Shown here: positions 1 to 13,639 of the stretch, one piece after another
Layout: each line of letters opens with the position of its first letter
Position numbering within the stretch: position 1 is the first letter of the stretch
Origin: Vicugna vicugna
Taxonomy: Eukaryota
Direction: 5' to 3'
NCBI GenBank assembly: GCA_013265495.1
Contig: MU058221.1
Span: 2,480,001 to 2,544,000, forward strand
DNA: 64,000 bases
Notes under the pieces: generated by a model
The model's database searches: none
Seen by the model: the letters and a program-made list of their open reading frames with translations, nothing else
What the model was told of the DNA's origin: nothing
Made by a program: the position numbers and the translations under genes

Positions 1-105
1 ATGCTCCCCGCTGGCTCCTTTGCTGTCTCTCGGAGTTAACTAGCTCTGGGAGGGGCACTCTCTCCCCAGCTAGGGAGGCTGTGTTTTGTTTTTGCTTTTT
101 AAGAT

Positions 106-247
106 TACTTTTTTTTTTCTTGGTGGGGAGAGGGAGGTAATTAGGGTTATTTATTTATTCTTAGAGGAAGCACTGGGGATTGAACCCAGGACCTCATGCA
201 TGCTAAGCACGCGCTCTACCACTTGAGCTGTACCCTTCCCCCCTCCT
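106..247 (-). mobile_element. tRNA-derived SINE (camelid Vic-1-like)
   Basis: B-box region ggggattgaacccaggacctc, A-box region ctctaccacttgagct, T-run tail and TSD tttttaagat (96-105 / 248-257). Confidence 0.85.
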
Positions 248-2949
248 TTTTTAAGATATCAGAATATCCTAATATAAAGAAAGTCAATAAATAAATGTTT
301 CATATATTTTATAGATTTATAATATGGATTTTAGGCGATCTGTAGGCAGAATGGCCCTTGTCTGCCGGTGTGTCAGTCTGTGAATGGGAGGAGGAGTTAC
401 CTCAGGGAGATTAGTAGGCACGCAGGTTAGATGCCCACTCCTCTTGCCTCAAGTTGGAACCTGAAATCTGTCTGCACTCTGGGAGCCAGAAACATAGTTT
501 TTTGGTTTTTTGGTTTTATTTTTTTTGGAATTTCTTAGCTTAAGTGTAGTGTATGTATCAAGAGAGATGAGAAGCTGAAGGATGGGAGCCTGGAAGTCAT
601 GCACATTTTAAGGGACAGGTTTAGGGGGAAGCAAAGGAGAGGAGGAGGTGGCCAAAGTCAGAAGGAAAACCGAGAGCGAGAGTGACGCACTGCAAGGGGA
701 GGACGGAGACAGCTTGAAGGTCTTGCTGGAGTTCACGGGCTCTGTGACAAGGGGCAGACCGTTCAGATAACATGGGGACGAGAACGAGGCGCGGGTGCTG
801 ACGCCTGGCGGGTTCAGCAGGGACAGGAGCGTTAAGCTGGGAAACCTGGGGCGCTCGGTTGCCAATAGCAACCATAGTGACAGTTTTTACTACGTAAGGT
901 CAACCAATAGACTTGGGCTTATTTCCCGCGCCCACTGAACGAGGAGGCTGGAGACTTGACACCTCGGACACCTGCGAGCCTCACCGTTTCCTGATCATCT
1001 CCCGCCATCTGATCAGTCACAGCTCCCTTCTGTGAACCTCCCCCACCTGCCTGACTGTGGAGCCGCCCATCACTTCCTGACCTTGGAGTGCCAGTTAGTC
1101 TGTCCAGCGCCACACCCTGAGGAGGTCCACCTTATGTGACTAGGCAGACAGCTCGGAGTTTCTTTGCTTTTATCTTGTTCCCTTCCAATCACACTGTTCT
1201 GGTTCCTCAAGTCCTACCCACCCCTTCCCTCCATTTTAGAATTCTCCGCACTGTCCTTCCTCCGTCACATACACCCAGCCTTCTGGTCCCTTATAAATAC
1301 GTTTTCTTTGGCATGTACAGAACCCTCACCCTGAAGCCTGTGTAACATATCATGTAAGGGGATATCCAAGATTTAATAAGGCCTGAAGTCTAGAGGAAAG
1401 GAAAATTAGAAAAGCTAAATTGATTCTTATACTGGTTGGATACCAGAAAGTCAGAACAAATATCCCAGGTGGTCTCACTCTGCAGGTTATTGGAATCTAG
1501 AATTTTCACTGAAGCAGTCTGCGTGTTGTTAGGGTGGTAAAAGCCCTTTAAGTGGGCACAAATGGAGTTTTTTTTTTCTTTTGTGGGGGGGCTTGACTTT
1601 TCGGGACTTGGGACTTCGTACTGGGAACAGGGGCTGTGCCCGTGGCCTCTTTACCCCTTAAAGGTGTTGACTGGCCAGTCAGCGCCTCCGTCCGCCTTTA
1701 TTATTTCAGAGCATCTCTCACCATTTCTGTCATAGCCTCTTTTTTGCCCAGCCTGAGGAACAGGGGTTCAGTTGGTTAGCAAGCTCTCGTCAAGATGGAT
1801 GGAATTCTAGACTTAATCTGAAGTGAAGCGTCCCTCCATCTGCTTTGGAAACAGCTCACAGGTTCTCTTGTTGATTCAGATGCGATCATCAACCTCCTGC
1901 CAGAGGAAATTAAGAGCTGCTATTTGTTTGTTGGGTAGAAGACGTTCTGGAGTTCTGACCCCTGATTTGTTTCTCATCCTCGCCCGTAGTGTCTGACTAA
2001 GGGTTTACAGAGGCTTTTCATTTCTTGAGACTTATTGCCTAAAAATTTGTTTTGTTCCATGATGGTCCCGTTTCGCCAAGTGTATCGGAAAACAAACTCT
2101 GTAGCCTGGTTCTTGCTGGCCGTCTTCCAGCCGCAGGAGGGCATCACAGGCTGGTTCCTTGAAGACCTGCCCCAGGGGAGGCGCCATGTCGCTCGGTGGA
2201 GGTGGCCGCGGCTGGCCGGCTCGCTTCCCACCTCCCGTGGTGGTGAGTACGCCCTTAGAACACAGGATGTTGTCCCCTAGAAGGAAGAGAAACGGCTAAA
2301 AGCCATCTCAGGCCCGGTTTCTGGAGTAAAGCAACAAGGTTTCTTTAAGTAATTAAAAACAAATTATTTAATGAGTAAAATGTCTGAACGTTGGACCTCA
2401 CCAGCACTGCTACTGACGAGGAAGTAACAGAGGCAAAGGGGGCTGCCTGACAGAAGAGGAAGTCCGCATCACCGACCGTGCTGGCGCTCTGACTGTACCG
2501 GCAGGTGGTGGGGCCCCGGTGCCGTCCCCTCCCCCATCGCCGGGGGCTCCCTGGGCAGAGAGGGTGATGGCGGGGTTCCACTTCCCTGGCAGATTCTTGT
2601 TCCCGCAGAGGAACCTGGCAGGCAGGGCAGACCTAAGCCCGGAGAGAGTGCGTTAGAGGCCGAGTTCAGCATCGTGATTCTTTGCTTCACGTGTCTTTCC
2701 TCATGTGCCTTTCCGCCACAGTAGAGTTTTAAAGAACCTGCGAGAACACTGAGACTCGCTCGCCCCTCTTTGCCCCGGGCGCGCACGCGGGTTACCCGAG
2801 GTCACAGAGCTCAGAAACCAGGCCCCCAGACTCCCCACCCAAGCTCCGGCGCCGTATTTCTGTGCAGAGGAAGCCCTTGGGGAATGGGACGCAGGTGACT
2901 GACAGGATGCTGTTTATCCGGGAGGTAATGGTGTGATCATCCTTCCCGC

Positions 2950-3295
2950 CGGCTGAGCATGTCCTGTGTGCCTGGCACTTTTCTAAAGCTTGCAAGTCGT
3001 TTTAGTTTAAGCATCGCCAACAAACTCTTGAGTGGGAATCATTATTATCGTTATTTAAAAAAAAAAGGAAATTGATCTAAAAAAGTTCTATAAATGTAGG
3101 TTAGGTATGTGTATAACTGAATCGCCTTGCTGTACAGCTGAAACTAACATTGTGAACTGACTTCTCTTTAATAAAAACACAATTTAAAACACGAAAGTAC
3201 AGTGGGCTTGATAGCTGACTCCAGCTCACGTGGTTAAGCCGTGGATCACGAATTCAAATCTGGGTCCGTGGATTCTAAAATGCGTGTTCTTCCTG
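2950..3295 (-). mobile_element. MIR interrupted by a short L1 3'UTR tail (about 3085-3190, +)
   Basis: MIR-like gtgcctggcacttttcta...gaattcaaatctgggtc flanks the L1 tail tgtataactgaatcgccttgctgtacagctgaaactaac. Confidence 0.55.
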
Positions 3296-5062
3296 TGCTG
3301 TGCTGCGGACAGACATCCGTGTGTGTTGTACATAATTGTGACCGTTTGTGCATGCCGTTCGGTTTTTCACGAGGCATTGCTTGTTATCAACAACCATAAG
3401 CATCCTCATTATTAAAAATTCTTCATAATCACCGTATTAATAGCCTATAGTCTTACGTCTGTCATCTTGCTCTGTGGGGTCTGTTGTTTCTGTTGCTTTG
3501 ATGTTCTCCTTCTCTGCTTTTCCCTCTGTGTATTCTGTTGTGTTTCTGTCACTTTCTGAAGCAATTTGCAGTTAGACATCTTGATACTGTCATTATGAGT
3601 TGTTGGCATGCCTCTTTAAACTTATATTCAACTAATTGTTCATGGCCGAAATTGAACAACGTTCTAGCTCCACTTCCTAGCATATAAGATGAATAGTTTA
3701 TCTTTATCTCAGGTTCTTTATCTTCTTTATCTCAGGTTCTTTCTTAGTTTCTGTGTATTTAACTTGAGGTTCAAAAACATTTTTTACAACTATATTATTT
3801 CTATCACAGGGCACAATCTCTCTCTCTCCATCCATGTATCTACAAGAGTGTGCGTGGGTGTGTAGATGTGTCTTCTAGGAAGTTTGTAATATGTTAGATT
3901 TGAGTGACTTTAGAGAGCATGTGGAGATGTCCGGGGGTGGAGGAGAGTCGGGCCCGCATCTCTGGAGTCCCGTCTAGCGTATAGACACTGTGTTAGGAAT
4001 CATGAGCACACCCCCCACAGGGGAAGGCTGCAGAGACGCAGGGACGTCCCTGGGAGTAAGTGTAAAGATGGACGAGCAGCTGACTGAAGATGAGACTGTA
4101 CTGAACACTGGTGTTGTAGGGTTCAGTGTCAGAGAGTAAGGAAAAGTGCTTGGAATAGTCGAGGAAGATTGAGAGCAAGGAGCCATGCCATTTGATGGAG
4201 TTTCAGGAAGCTGCGATGCTTTGGAGAACGTGCCTGGAAAGTGTCCCCTAGATCTGACGCTTCAGGCTAGTGGGGACCTTAAGAAGTGCGATACCACTGG
4301 GATAATGAGCATGCAGGACGCAGGGGTGTGGCTGAGGACCAAATGCAAGGTGCAGGGGCAGCCGGCTCCTTCCCGCTGTGACACGGGTAGGCTGAGCCAG
4401 CGCCCAGCCGGGCCGTCAGCTCTGCCGGGCGCACTGCTCAGACTCCGCAAGGACCGCTCACGGAACTGAGGCTCGGAAGGGCTACGGCGTGCTTCCCGAG
4501 GTGAAAATCCCCACGGTGAGGCGCTCAGTCCTGCTGGGCCTCCGTTCCGGGGGCTGGGCCGTTGAGGGGAGCCGATGGCGTCACGTCTGGAACGCTCTCC
4601 AGTTCTAGTGCCGTGGGTGCGAGGCTGCCCGGGGGCGGGCGGCTGCCCCCAGCCAGCCAAGACAGACACTTCAAGGGGACCAGTGACCCTAAAGTGCCTC
4701 TCAGATTGTGAGCCAGCGGAGTCGGAGGGGAGGCCGGGTATCGGGTTCCTGAGCATTGCTGTTGACATCCGGCAGTTTGATGAAAGGTTGGTAAATGGTA
4801 AGTACTGCAGCTTTTCACTGTCTCGTCAGAAGTGCCTCTTCCCATCCGCTGACAGAGAGGTCTAAGCGAGTCCTCAGGAGCAGGGATCTCTAGGATCTAC
4901 ATCTGGGAATGATCTCTGTGTGGCTTCCAGCACACGCCTTAAACTTTGTATCTTGCAATTTGTTAAAAAAAAAAAAAAAAAGATGGCAGCAGCCGTCCAG
5001 TTGGTACCACAGAGGTTTGCTGAGAGTTCAGCACTTGCCACCCGCTCCTTCCTGTGCGCTTC

Positions 5063-5704
5063 TGTGGCCGGCGGGCGCCGCCGGTGTTCGGGCTCCTGTC
5101 CCGCCCCAGAAGGAATTCAGGGACGAGACGCAGTGGTTAAGAAAGTAAAGTGAGAATATATTAAAGGAGGCATAGTGCCCTCTCAACGGGGGAGCGGCCG
5201 CCCTGAGTTTCTTTGGCAAGTTGGTCACAGAGGGTGTAAAATGAATGGGCGGAATATTCAGTGAGGAGGGAAGGGTTTGGGGTCATATTCCCTGATTATC
5301 ATCCCAACTGCACCTTCCCAAAGGGAGGAGGGATTTTTGTCCTTATTTATTCTGGATCGGAAGTGTCCTGGCGTCTGTGCATGATCAGAAGTATCTGATC
5401 TGCAAGGCTGATTTTATTGAAATGAGGGCATGATGAGCAAAAGGTTACATTCGGACACTGGAGATTCCTGCCTTTTCCCGCCTTTCTTTGTCTGCCTCCA
5501 GGACGCTAGTCACCCCAAAATGTGTGATCTCCTGTCAGTCCTGAGATTCCTGCTTTTCTCTGTCTGCCCAAGGACCCCCACTGTTTACATGATGTGTGGT
5601 TCCCTGCATTTGGCCTGTGCCCCGCCTTTCTGCCCAGTCAGTTCCTGCCATGTGGCCTGCGTCCCCCTCTCTCTGCTCATATCTAGTGTCTGCCTGCTCT
5701 GACA
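5063..5704 (-). mobile_element. Solo ERV LTR (ERV1-like)
   Basis: TG...CA termini, near-match 4-bp flanks cttc/ctac, internal direct repeats (gagattcctgc...tgtctgcc...aggac near 5460 and 5543) and a poly(A)-signal-like AATATA on - near 5160. Confidence 0.65.
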
Positions 5705-6359
5705 CTACCACTCCCATCGCTGACCCTTATTCAGAAACCCCCAACTTCTCCAGTTTGAGAAATTGAGGCCACGCCGAGAAAGAAACCTTGGCTGAACCCC
5801 ACTGAACTGCAGTGATAAATGGGAAAAGACCCAAGTGACTCCTGTTGAACCAGATAGATGAACTGCCCCCATCACATTCTAAAGAAAGCCAAGCAAACCC
5901 GAGCAGCGTTCTGCAGGTGATGCACCTTCCCCGACAGTCAGCCAGCATCTTCCAATCCAATTGGCTCTGTCCCTCTTTGTTACTGAATGATTGTTTATTT
6001 TTTTAATTCTGAGAAGGCTCAGAAGGAAAGGAAGTACCAGAGAGCAAAACCTGCTTTGGGTTCTGCATCAGTCTAGTTACCTGGGGAATCTCGCATTACC
6101 TGGAAACGTTTAAGAGTCATTAAAGATAACAGCTTTTGCTTTTCGGTTTGAGAATAGCCACCATTCACGAGAAAATTGCCTTCACATTTTTAAAGTGCTC
6201 TCCTATTAATGAAATCACAGATAAAATGTCAAGATTATACATGGCTTAGGCTTTTCATCGTTTTAATTAATTTTCAGTCAAAAGAATGTGATTCTGTCCA
6301 CATCTTTGCTTATAATTTGCAAGATTTTGTTTATGTAATAATCAGACTTGAGCTTTCTT

Positions 6360-6494
6360 TTTTAAAAAAAATTGGGGGCGGGGATATAATTAGATTTACT
6401 TACATATTTCTTTTTAATGGAGGTACTGGGGATTGAACCCAGGACCTCGTGCATGCTAAGCATGTGCCCTACCACTGAGCTAGACCCTCCCCTC
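6360..6494 (-). mobile_element. tRNA-derived SINE (Vic-1-like)
   Basis: Same A/B-box body. TSD gacttgagctttctt / gacgtgaactttctt (6345-6359 / 6495-6509). Confidence 0.85.
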
Positions 6495-8152
6495 GACGTG
6501 AACTTTCTTGAATCAATTGGCCTGAGCATCTCTAGCACATCATTTGGGCCACTGGCCCCTGTGATACTTAAAATGTCCCTCTGTACGTTACAGTAATTAA
6601 TGTACACCTTTCCATCCCCCGCTATTTGGGGAGCTCTTGAAGATAAGGGACTAAGTGTAACTTATTTATCATTTTTACCTCTTACTATCTAGAACAGTAC
6701 CCTGTATATCAGAACCAATCAGTAAATAGTGGCTGGATTGCTCAACTTGGAGGAGTCAGTATTAAGAAGACAATTTAAATGCTTGCTCATTTGGCGATAC
6801 GCCCATTCTTTATGCCTTTACTTTTCTGTGACACCCCGTTCTCCCTAGTTTCTGAAGTGCTAGCTAGAATCTTTGCTGTGTAAGGCTTAGTCCTTTAGAA
6901 ATCAAAGCTCTTGGCTCAGCCCCTTGGGCTGTCCTGCCTTTTATGGGGGCTGTAAATTTGATCACCATCAAGGGCTGTTAAACAACATACAGTGATAAAA
7001 ATAGTTCCCTTTGCTGACATTGGGTGTTTTCTAAAACAGCTCGATAAATTCCGGTCAACAGAAACTCTGTGAGATTTCAGAAGTCAGAAAGCGAGCTGGC
7101 GACACGTGTCTGGGCAGACAGGAGGAAGAAAAGGCTCTCTGCTGCTCAGAGGTACGCCCGCAGTGCTTTTCATTGCGTCTCGCGGCTGACTTTGCCTTCG
7201 CTCCCCGGTGCTCTCATGGAGCTTATGCAAGCTCACGGGGGTACAGGAGGCCCTGTGGGAGGTGACTTGTTTGCAAGGTGACGTCTCTGCAGGAGGCGTG
7301 ATGGGCAGGGTGGGTGGCAAAGGTAAGTCGGTGGCTTTTGCAAAGAAGAGATTTCAGCTGTATCTCTCAGGTTCTTGGGAAGAAGTGCAGGGTGACTAGG
7401 AGGATGCCCTGGCCTTGCGAGACCTGGAAGTAAGAACAGCTGATTTTGCTTGTCTCCTTCTGTTCACGCTCTACCCCTCCTGTTCCCGAATGTGGTCTCA
7501 AATGCCATTGCCTCAAACTACACTTCTGCACCGTCATTCTCCTATTGCTGAGTGTACTCAACCCAGTCCAACTCAAAACGCGCCAGACTGGAAGTGAAGA
7601 GGCCAGGCACCCAGTCTCCCTCCGTGTCTCCCCAGACGGGTAGACCCAAGTGCGTTGCACAGCCCTTCTGGGGCCGTTGTCTGTCCTTGAAAAGAAACAG
7701 GATTGCACGTGATCTTGAAGATCCTTCTGCCCATCAACCTTCTCAGACACCTCGATTAGTTTGCAAACCCTGCCGATCCCTGGACTTCCCTGCTTTTCTA
7801 GCCTGATTTCCCATCAGCACGGGTCCTTCTGTACCTGCAGGGCGTTTCTGAAGTTAACTCTGGGATCCTTTTAGGGAGAGTGGGCTCTCCCGCCCCACAC
7901 TCTCTCACCTTGCGTGTCCCCCATTTTCCTCACCTTCCAGGGTGGGGTTGAGTCTGCGTGTCCACCTGCGCGCTCTCCTTTTGCGCTTGCCTCGTTTTCA
8001 CGTACAGCTCCTTCCCCATCCCTCAGACTCCTCCACCCTTTCTCCTCAGCTTCTTTTCTCTTCAGCCTTCCTCAACTAATATCTCTTCTTCCAAAATCCG
8101 ATTCAGTGACGTCTCTTTCAGAACCTCATGGAAGAGTCTGGAAGCATCACTG

Positions 8153-8370
8153 TAAATGGTTTCTGCGATAGTATTGACTGCGTCTTTGCTCACACAGGTG
8201 TTTTGTTGTAGACTTTGCGTAACCACGCATGTACACCTTGTTGTTGCTGTTGTTTGGAGCCCAGGGAGTTAGTTTATTTGTTAATGTTTTTAATGGAGGT
8301 GCCGGGGATTGAACCCAGGACCTCCTGCCTGCTAGGCACGCGCTCTACCCCTGAGCTATCGGCCTCTCCC
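8153..8370 (-). mobile_element. tRNA-derived SINE with about 85 bp of extra 3' sequence inside the TSD
   Basis: SINE body at about 8240-8370. Perfect 15-bp direct repeat ctggaagcatcactg at 8138-8152 and 8371-8385. Confidence 0.75.
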
Positions 8371-9874
8371 CTGGAAGCATCACTGCGGACTGAGCTTCAT
8401 AAAGGGCTTCAGTGACCGTCCAGAGCTGTGGGGCTCTAGTCCCAGCCCTGCTCTGACCGCGAGGCTGTTGGGCACTTTTGGCCTCTCTTTCCTCCTCTCG
8501 TCTGATGCTTGCTGACTGGGGCGGGGACCAAGCACGTCAGAGAACGTGGTCCCAGACGTCTTCGTGAGCAGGTGGAGGCTGTGACACTGGAGCAGGCCGG
8601 GGGGGAAGATCACAGGGGCTGGCAGAGACTGAGGTTAACAGGAGAGCTGTCCCATCACTTCTCTTTTAAAGTAATTAGCCTGAGACACCAAACAGGTGCG
8701 CCAGCCGAATTCAGACACGAGGCCATTGAGTCCAGGGGCCTCTGCGGTGCCTTTCAAGCTCCAAGGGCTGCTCTCTGAATATCGGTTCTCTTCTCTGACT
8801 GTGCTGTGTCCCTGCTAGGCGTTCTGCGGTGTGTGTGCTGCGGCGTTCCTTTGCACGATTTTTCGTGAACTGCTCTGTCTGTCTTGACTCTCGACTCGAG
8901 TATATTACCGGCATGCATTATTCGTTTTATAAGCCCCGGTAACGCCTACCACAGGCTTCTGCGCATGTTGATTCTCAGTGAAAGGCGTGCTAAAGTTTGC
9001 TTTGAAGGTGCCTAGAAGTTGAGAGTTGAGAAAACTGTAGGGACAATGGAGAAGAAGTGTTTAAAACAGAGCAAGACGCCACTGTAATAGAGAGGCCAGG
9101 GAAAGCGGTAGCTGGTGCCTGGTGCTACACTGAGTCAGCCCTTTGATTTCACAGGACACAGATTTCCAGAGCTGAGCTGGGGAGAGTCTGACCCAGTGTT
9201 TCCCCAGATGGGGAGCCGAGGAGGTAGATGGCACCTGTTTACTGTAATACCTGGGTATCTTATTGTGTGTTGGAAATGTTCCTGTGTATTTTAATCGTGT
9301 GTTAGAAAGGCACTAATTTCTCATTTGCGGAAGTAATAGGGTCCTGTTAAACTTAGAAGAGTATTCATTAAATGCTAGGACGGATAGTCTTTGGATTTAG
9401 GAAAAATCAGGAAGGTGTTATTCCAATTACAAGGTTTTTCAGAAATCCCTTTGTTTTTGAAAGGAAGAAGCTGACTTGGTAAAGGTCACGCCGTCAGCGA
9501 TGGGCAGAGTTAGGCTAAACTCCAGGCGCAGTGCAAAGGGCCTGAGTCTCCCTACGGCTCGGGCTGGTTATACGTTCCTCCTCTTACTCGGCTGTTCCTG
9601 TGGAAAATGGACACGAGCCCAGACTCCCAGGGATGTGAAACAGCCCAGACACATGGCGGGAGCTTCATAAATACACGTCCCCCTTCCCCCCACACCAGCC
9701 TTCCTGAGTCACAACTCAGTCTTCTTTCCCATGTTCTGCTTGAGCACACCGATTTCTCAGTGGTTCCATGACTTACAGAATATTCAGATACATCTTACAT
9801 TGGTGTTGCTGTTTCAAGATAATTTCACTTACAGTTTCAGTGTGAACCCAGAAGATTAGGAGCAAGAGAGCATT

Positions 9875-10768
9875 GTTTTAGTTTTCTTTTGTTTTAATTT
9901 TTTTTTCATAGACGTATAGTCAGTTACCGTGTGTTAATTCCTGGTGCACAGCACAGTGTCCCGGTCATACATATACATACACATATTCATTTTCATGTTC
10001 TTTTTCATTAAAGGTTATTATAAGATATTGATTTATAAGATATTGAATATAGTTCCCAGTGCTCCACAGAAGAAATCTGATTTTTGTCTATTTGTATCTA
10101 TAGTGATTAACATTTGCAAATCTGAAACTCCCATATTTATCCCTTTCCACCCCCTTTCCCCAGTAACCATAAGATTGTTTATTATGTCTGTGAGTCTGTT
10201 TCTGTTTTGTAGATGAGTTCGTTAGTGTCTTTTTTCTTTTTTTCTTTTTGGATTCCACATATGAGTGCTATCATATGGTATTTTTCTTTCTCTTTCTGGC
10301 TTACTTCACTTAGAATGATGATCTCCAGGTCCATCCACCTTGCTGCAAGTGGCATTATTTTATTCCTTTTTACAGCTGAGTAGTATTCCATTATATAAAT
10401 ATACCACAGCTTCTTTGTCCAGTCATCTGTCCACGGACATTTAGGTTGCATCCATGTCTTGGCTATTGTAAACTGTAAAAATGCTATTGCTGTTGTAAAT
10501 GCTATGCTATTGTGAAGATGCCCCTGTGAACATTGTAGGGCATGTCTCTTTTGGAATTAATATGTGTACTTCTCCTGTTTCTAAGGCGCTCCCAGGCACC
10601 ATCCTCTTGGGACTACAGGATGATCCATTGGTGTTAGAATTCCAAGCCATGAATCCACTCTCTTTTCTTTTCTTTTTTTTTTTTTTCTGTTTTCTCTCTG
10701 TTGCATCCATGTCTCAGCTGTTGTATATATGCTGTTGTATGTGTGCTGCTGTGAACCCTGGGGTGTGT
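9875..10768 (-). mobile_element. 5'-truncated composite L1 (ORF2 C-terminus plus 3'UTR)
   Basis: ORF 10182..10451 encodes QPKCPWTDDWTKKLWYIYIMEYYSAVKRN...WMDLEIIILSEVSQKEKEK, the L1 ORF2 C-terminus. A 3'UTR and T-rich tail follow. TSD gcaagagagcatt / gcaagacagcatt. Confidence 0.9.
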
Positions 10769-12225
10769 GCAAGACAGCATTCTCACCCCCCTTGTCTGCA
10801 CAAAGATAGCCAAAGCCCCGTGCACACATAGCCTGGAGCTCCTCTCTCACATCCGACTGCTGTTCCTTCTCTTTTTCCCTTTCTCTCAGAAGGAAAAATA
10901 CAGACCGATCTAAATGAAGCCTAATTGCTGGGTTTCAGCCCTATATTTATACTTTATAATGCTGATTTCTTTAAAAAAAATTGACTTTCTGCGCCTTGTT
11001 CGTAATGAAATGGTCCCGGGAGACAAATGACTCACTTGTGTCAAAAAGAAAATTTGTCCGCCAGACTCTCATGCTTTTTCTTGAGATTCAGTCCTTCTCC
11101 CGCCAGCCCCCTCCCCCCTCACATTTTGTCATGTCTGAGTGAAATGACTCACATTTCCCTGAGGGGAAAATGATGCTTTTAAAAGGAAAAGCTACCTTGG
11201 CAATAACTGAAGGGGTTCACGGCTGTTCCAGGAAAGGGTGGGTTTGTTCAGCCCCGGTGTGTATGTATGCGTGTATACACTGTATTTACTACGTGTAGGT
11301 GTTTGGGTTGTATGCGTGTATACGACACGCGGGGTTTCACATTCTCACCCCCGTTGGCATTAGCTGAGGTGACAGGCGTCTGTCAGTGTCTTTTAGCAGC
11401 CAGGACAGCGCTAAGACTGGGTTTCATGCATGAGATACAGGTCCTTTTAAGACTGCACCTGCTGCCACCCCTCCCCAAGCAGGCGGCATGTTCCCAAGGG
11501 CTCAGACTCCGGCTTCTGCCCGCTTGGAGCCCCTTTGTGTCAGCAGGAGCCCTGCTGCGAAGTGCAGCTGTGGCAGTGTGGACGGGCACGCGGTAAGCAC
11601 AGCAAGCTTCCTGCCGGCACGGCCCCGCTCTCGGTGGCCGGGCACCGGCCACCCTCCCTTAATTGACGGGCATCCTCGCCCGAGGCAAGGGAGGCAGTGC
11701 TTTCAGAGCCCCATCAGGAGGCACCGCCCTCCGCCGCGCAGTGCGAACGACGTTTGCATCCTCTGTGTCAGGGGACGTTCTCGTCAGGACGAGGCGCGTG
11801 GGTTCTGTCCAGCCGGCAGCACTCTGCCGCTGGCTCTGCCTCTGAGGTCCTGCGCCCGAGGCCGTTTGCCCAGGGATGTTTTACTGGCTCCTCGAGGCTG
11901 CTTTCATCTCCCTGGGAGCTTGGACAGCTGCAGCACGTGGGAAGACAGGATCGTTAGAAACTAAGAGAAGATGGCAAAAAGGAGCCTCTCTTGCCCTGAA
12001 AGCATCCAGGGTCCTAGGAAGCTCCTGGGAACTCTGTCGCTAACACGTTTGTTACCCCATTTACAAGAAACCCCTGCTTCTGCATAGAAGCTGGCTGCCT
12101 ATTCAAGGATCCACTCAGCTTCCACGTGGGCCATCCCTAGAAAGTGCTTATTCAGCCTTTTTTTTTTTTTAACTTATGAAATAAATTTTATTTTTAGGTC
12201 ATATCATTGTTTTTCTTACTCCTAC

Positions 12226-12385
12226 ATTTATTAATATATAATTGACATATAAAATTGTGTCAGTTTGATGCACAAAGTGATGATCTAATACATGTGTTTG
12301 TTGTGAAAATGATTACTGCAATGAGGTTAGTTAACACAGCCATCTCATCACATAATTACAGTATACATTTTTTTTAGTGAGATTA
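12226..12385 (-). mobile_element. Older L1 3'UTR fragment (L1MA-like)
   Basis: tataattgacatataaaattgtg...tgtgaaaatgattactgcaatgaggttagttaacac resembles an L1MA 3' end. Confidence 0.6.
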
Positions 12386-13639
12386 TCATGGTTTTTAAGA
12401 TAAATTTATTCTTCCGTATTTTTAATGCCAAATAGTGTGGCTCATAGGATACGGGAGGGAAGAGTAGCTTAGTTCAAATCTTTGAGCAGTCACATGAAAA
12501 AGAGGTGCCCTCGTGCTTCCTTGAACAACTTCACTGAAGCAGAGCCATCCGGGTGCAGAGAAAGGCCAAGTCCGTCATCGGAAGCGCAGAACGTGAGACA
12601 CATGCTTCTCTGTTAAGCAGAAACTTCATGCTGAAGTCAGGCGGGGTGGATTCCTGCGCAGCTGTGGGCGAATGGTTAGTCTGCAAGGTGAGCAGCACTG
12701 AGCGCGAGAAGCCGGCCTGTGCGTGAACGGCACCGTTGGCCGTTCTCTCCTGGGCTCTCAGTGGAAGGTGCCCATCCGTCTAGAATGCCCAGTTTGCTCA
12801 AGGAGGGTTCTGTTCAACATTTTATTGAGGCTTTTTGTGCCAAGGATGACCTCAGTCAAATAGAACCTATGGCCGTGACCCAGTGTTTGCTCTTTCGTTT
12901 AAGGGGACATATCGTGTTGAAAAACAGACCGTTCTGTATACTCTGGGACGCTCTGGGGAGTCAGATATACCAGAAGGGGCTCATTTTATTCTTCACGGCA
13001 ACCTTGTCTTGACCCTGTGCTTCTGTGTCCTCCTTACCTATTCCTTCTGCCTCTTCTTAATTCCAGGATAGGTGGTTATAATTTTACAAGCATGTAAAGT
13101 ACATATGTATGTGTGAATACATAAATGTAAATGTGTGTGTGTGTGTATATGCACACATGATAATTAGGAGTCAGAAGCTTAATGTCTGGACATAAAGCTA
13201 TCCTGTTTTGGTTATGTTACTGCCAGAAAGTCATTTAACTAAGCTTTACAGTGAGAAAATTAATGAGCCCTCCCACAGAGCATCGCCACAGGGAACCAAT
13301 TTTAAGATGATACACATGATGAAATGACTTCTAAAAATACCAAGAATCTGGTGAATGTTAATGGTGGTCTTTTTGCTATAGGAGAAAGCAGATAAAAAAG
13401 AGGACCCTTCATCGTAGTCTGTGGCCTGAGTGTAGCCACCCGATGAATGCAGTGCAGGGAGGGAAAGCAAAAGGTAGATCTTCAAAGAGGCATTTCAGTG
13501 AGTATGTGATGCACAGATCCCGGCTGTCAGGGAATATACCCAGATTTGAATGCAGGAGGGGATCCAGGCTGAAGCCCATGCTTACCCCAACCCAGCCAGC
13601 CAGTTTCTGGACAGTTAGTTACTGTGCACCATGCAACTT

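Noticed and set aside
165..245. tRNA-like A/B boxes here and at five other loci
   Set aside because: They carry SINE bodies, tails and TSDs, so they are SINE heads and not tRNA genes.
3990..4720. Possible CR1/L3 remnant
   Set aside because: Too degenerate to assign without an alignment.
10182..10451. ORFs with real protein similarity (also 14358..14648)
   Set aside because: Truncated L1 ORF2 C-termini, not host genes.
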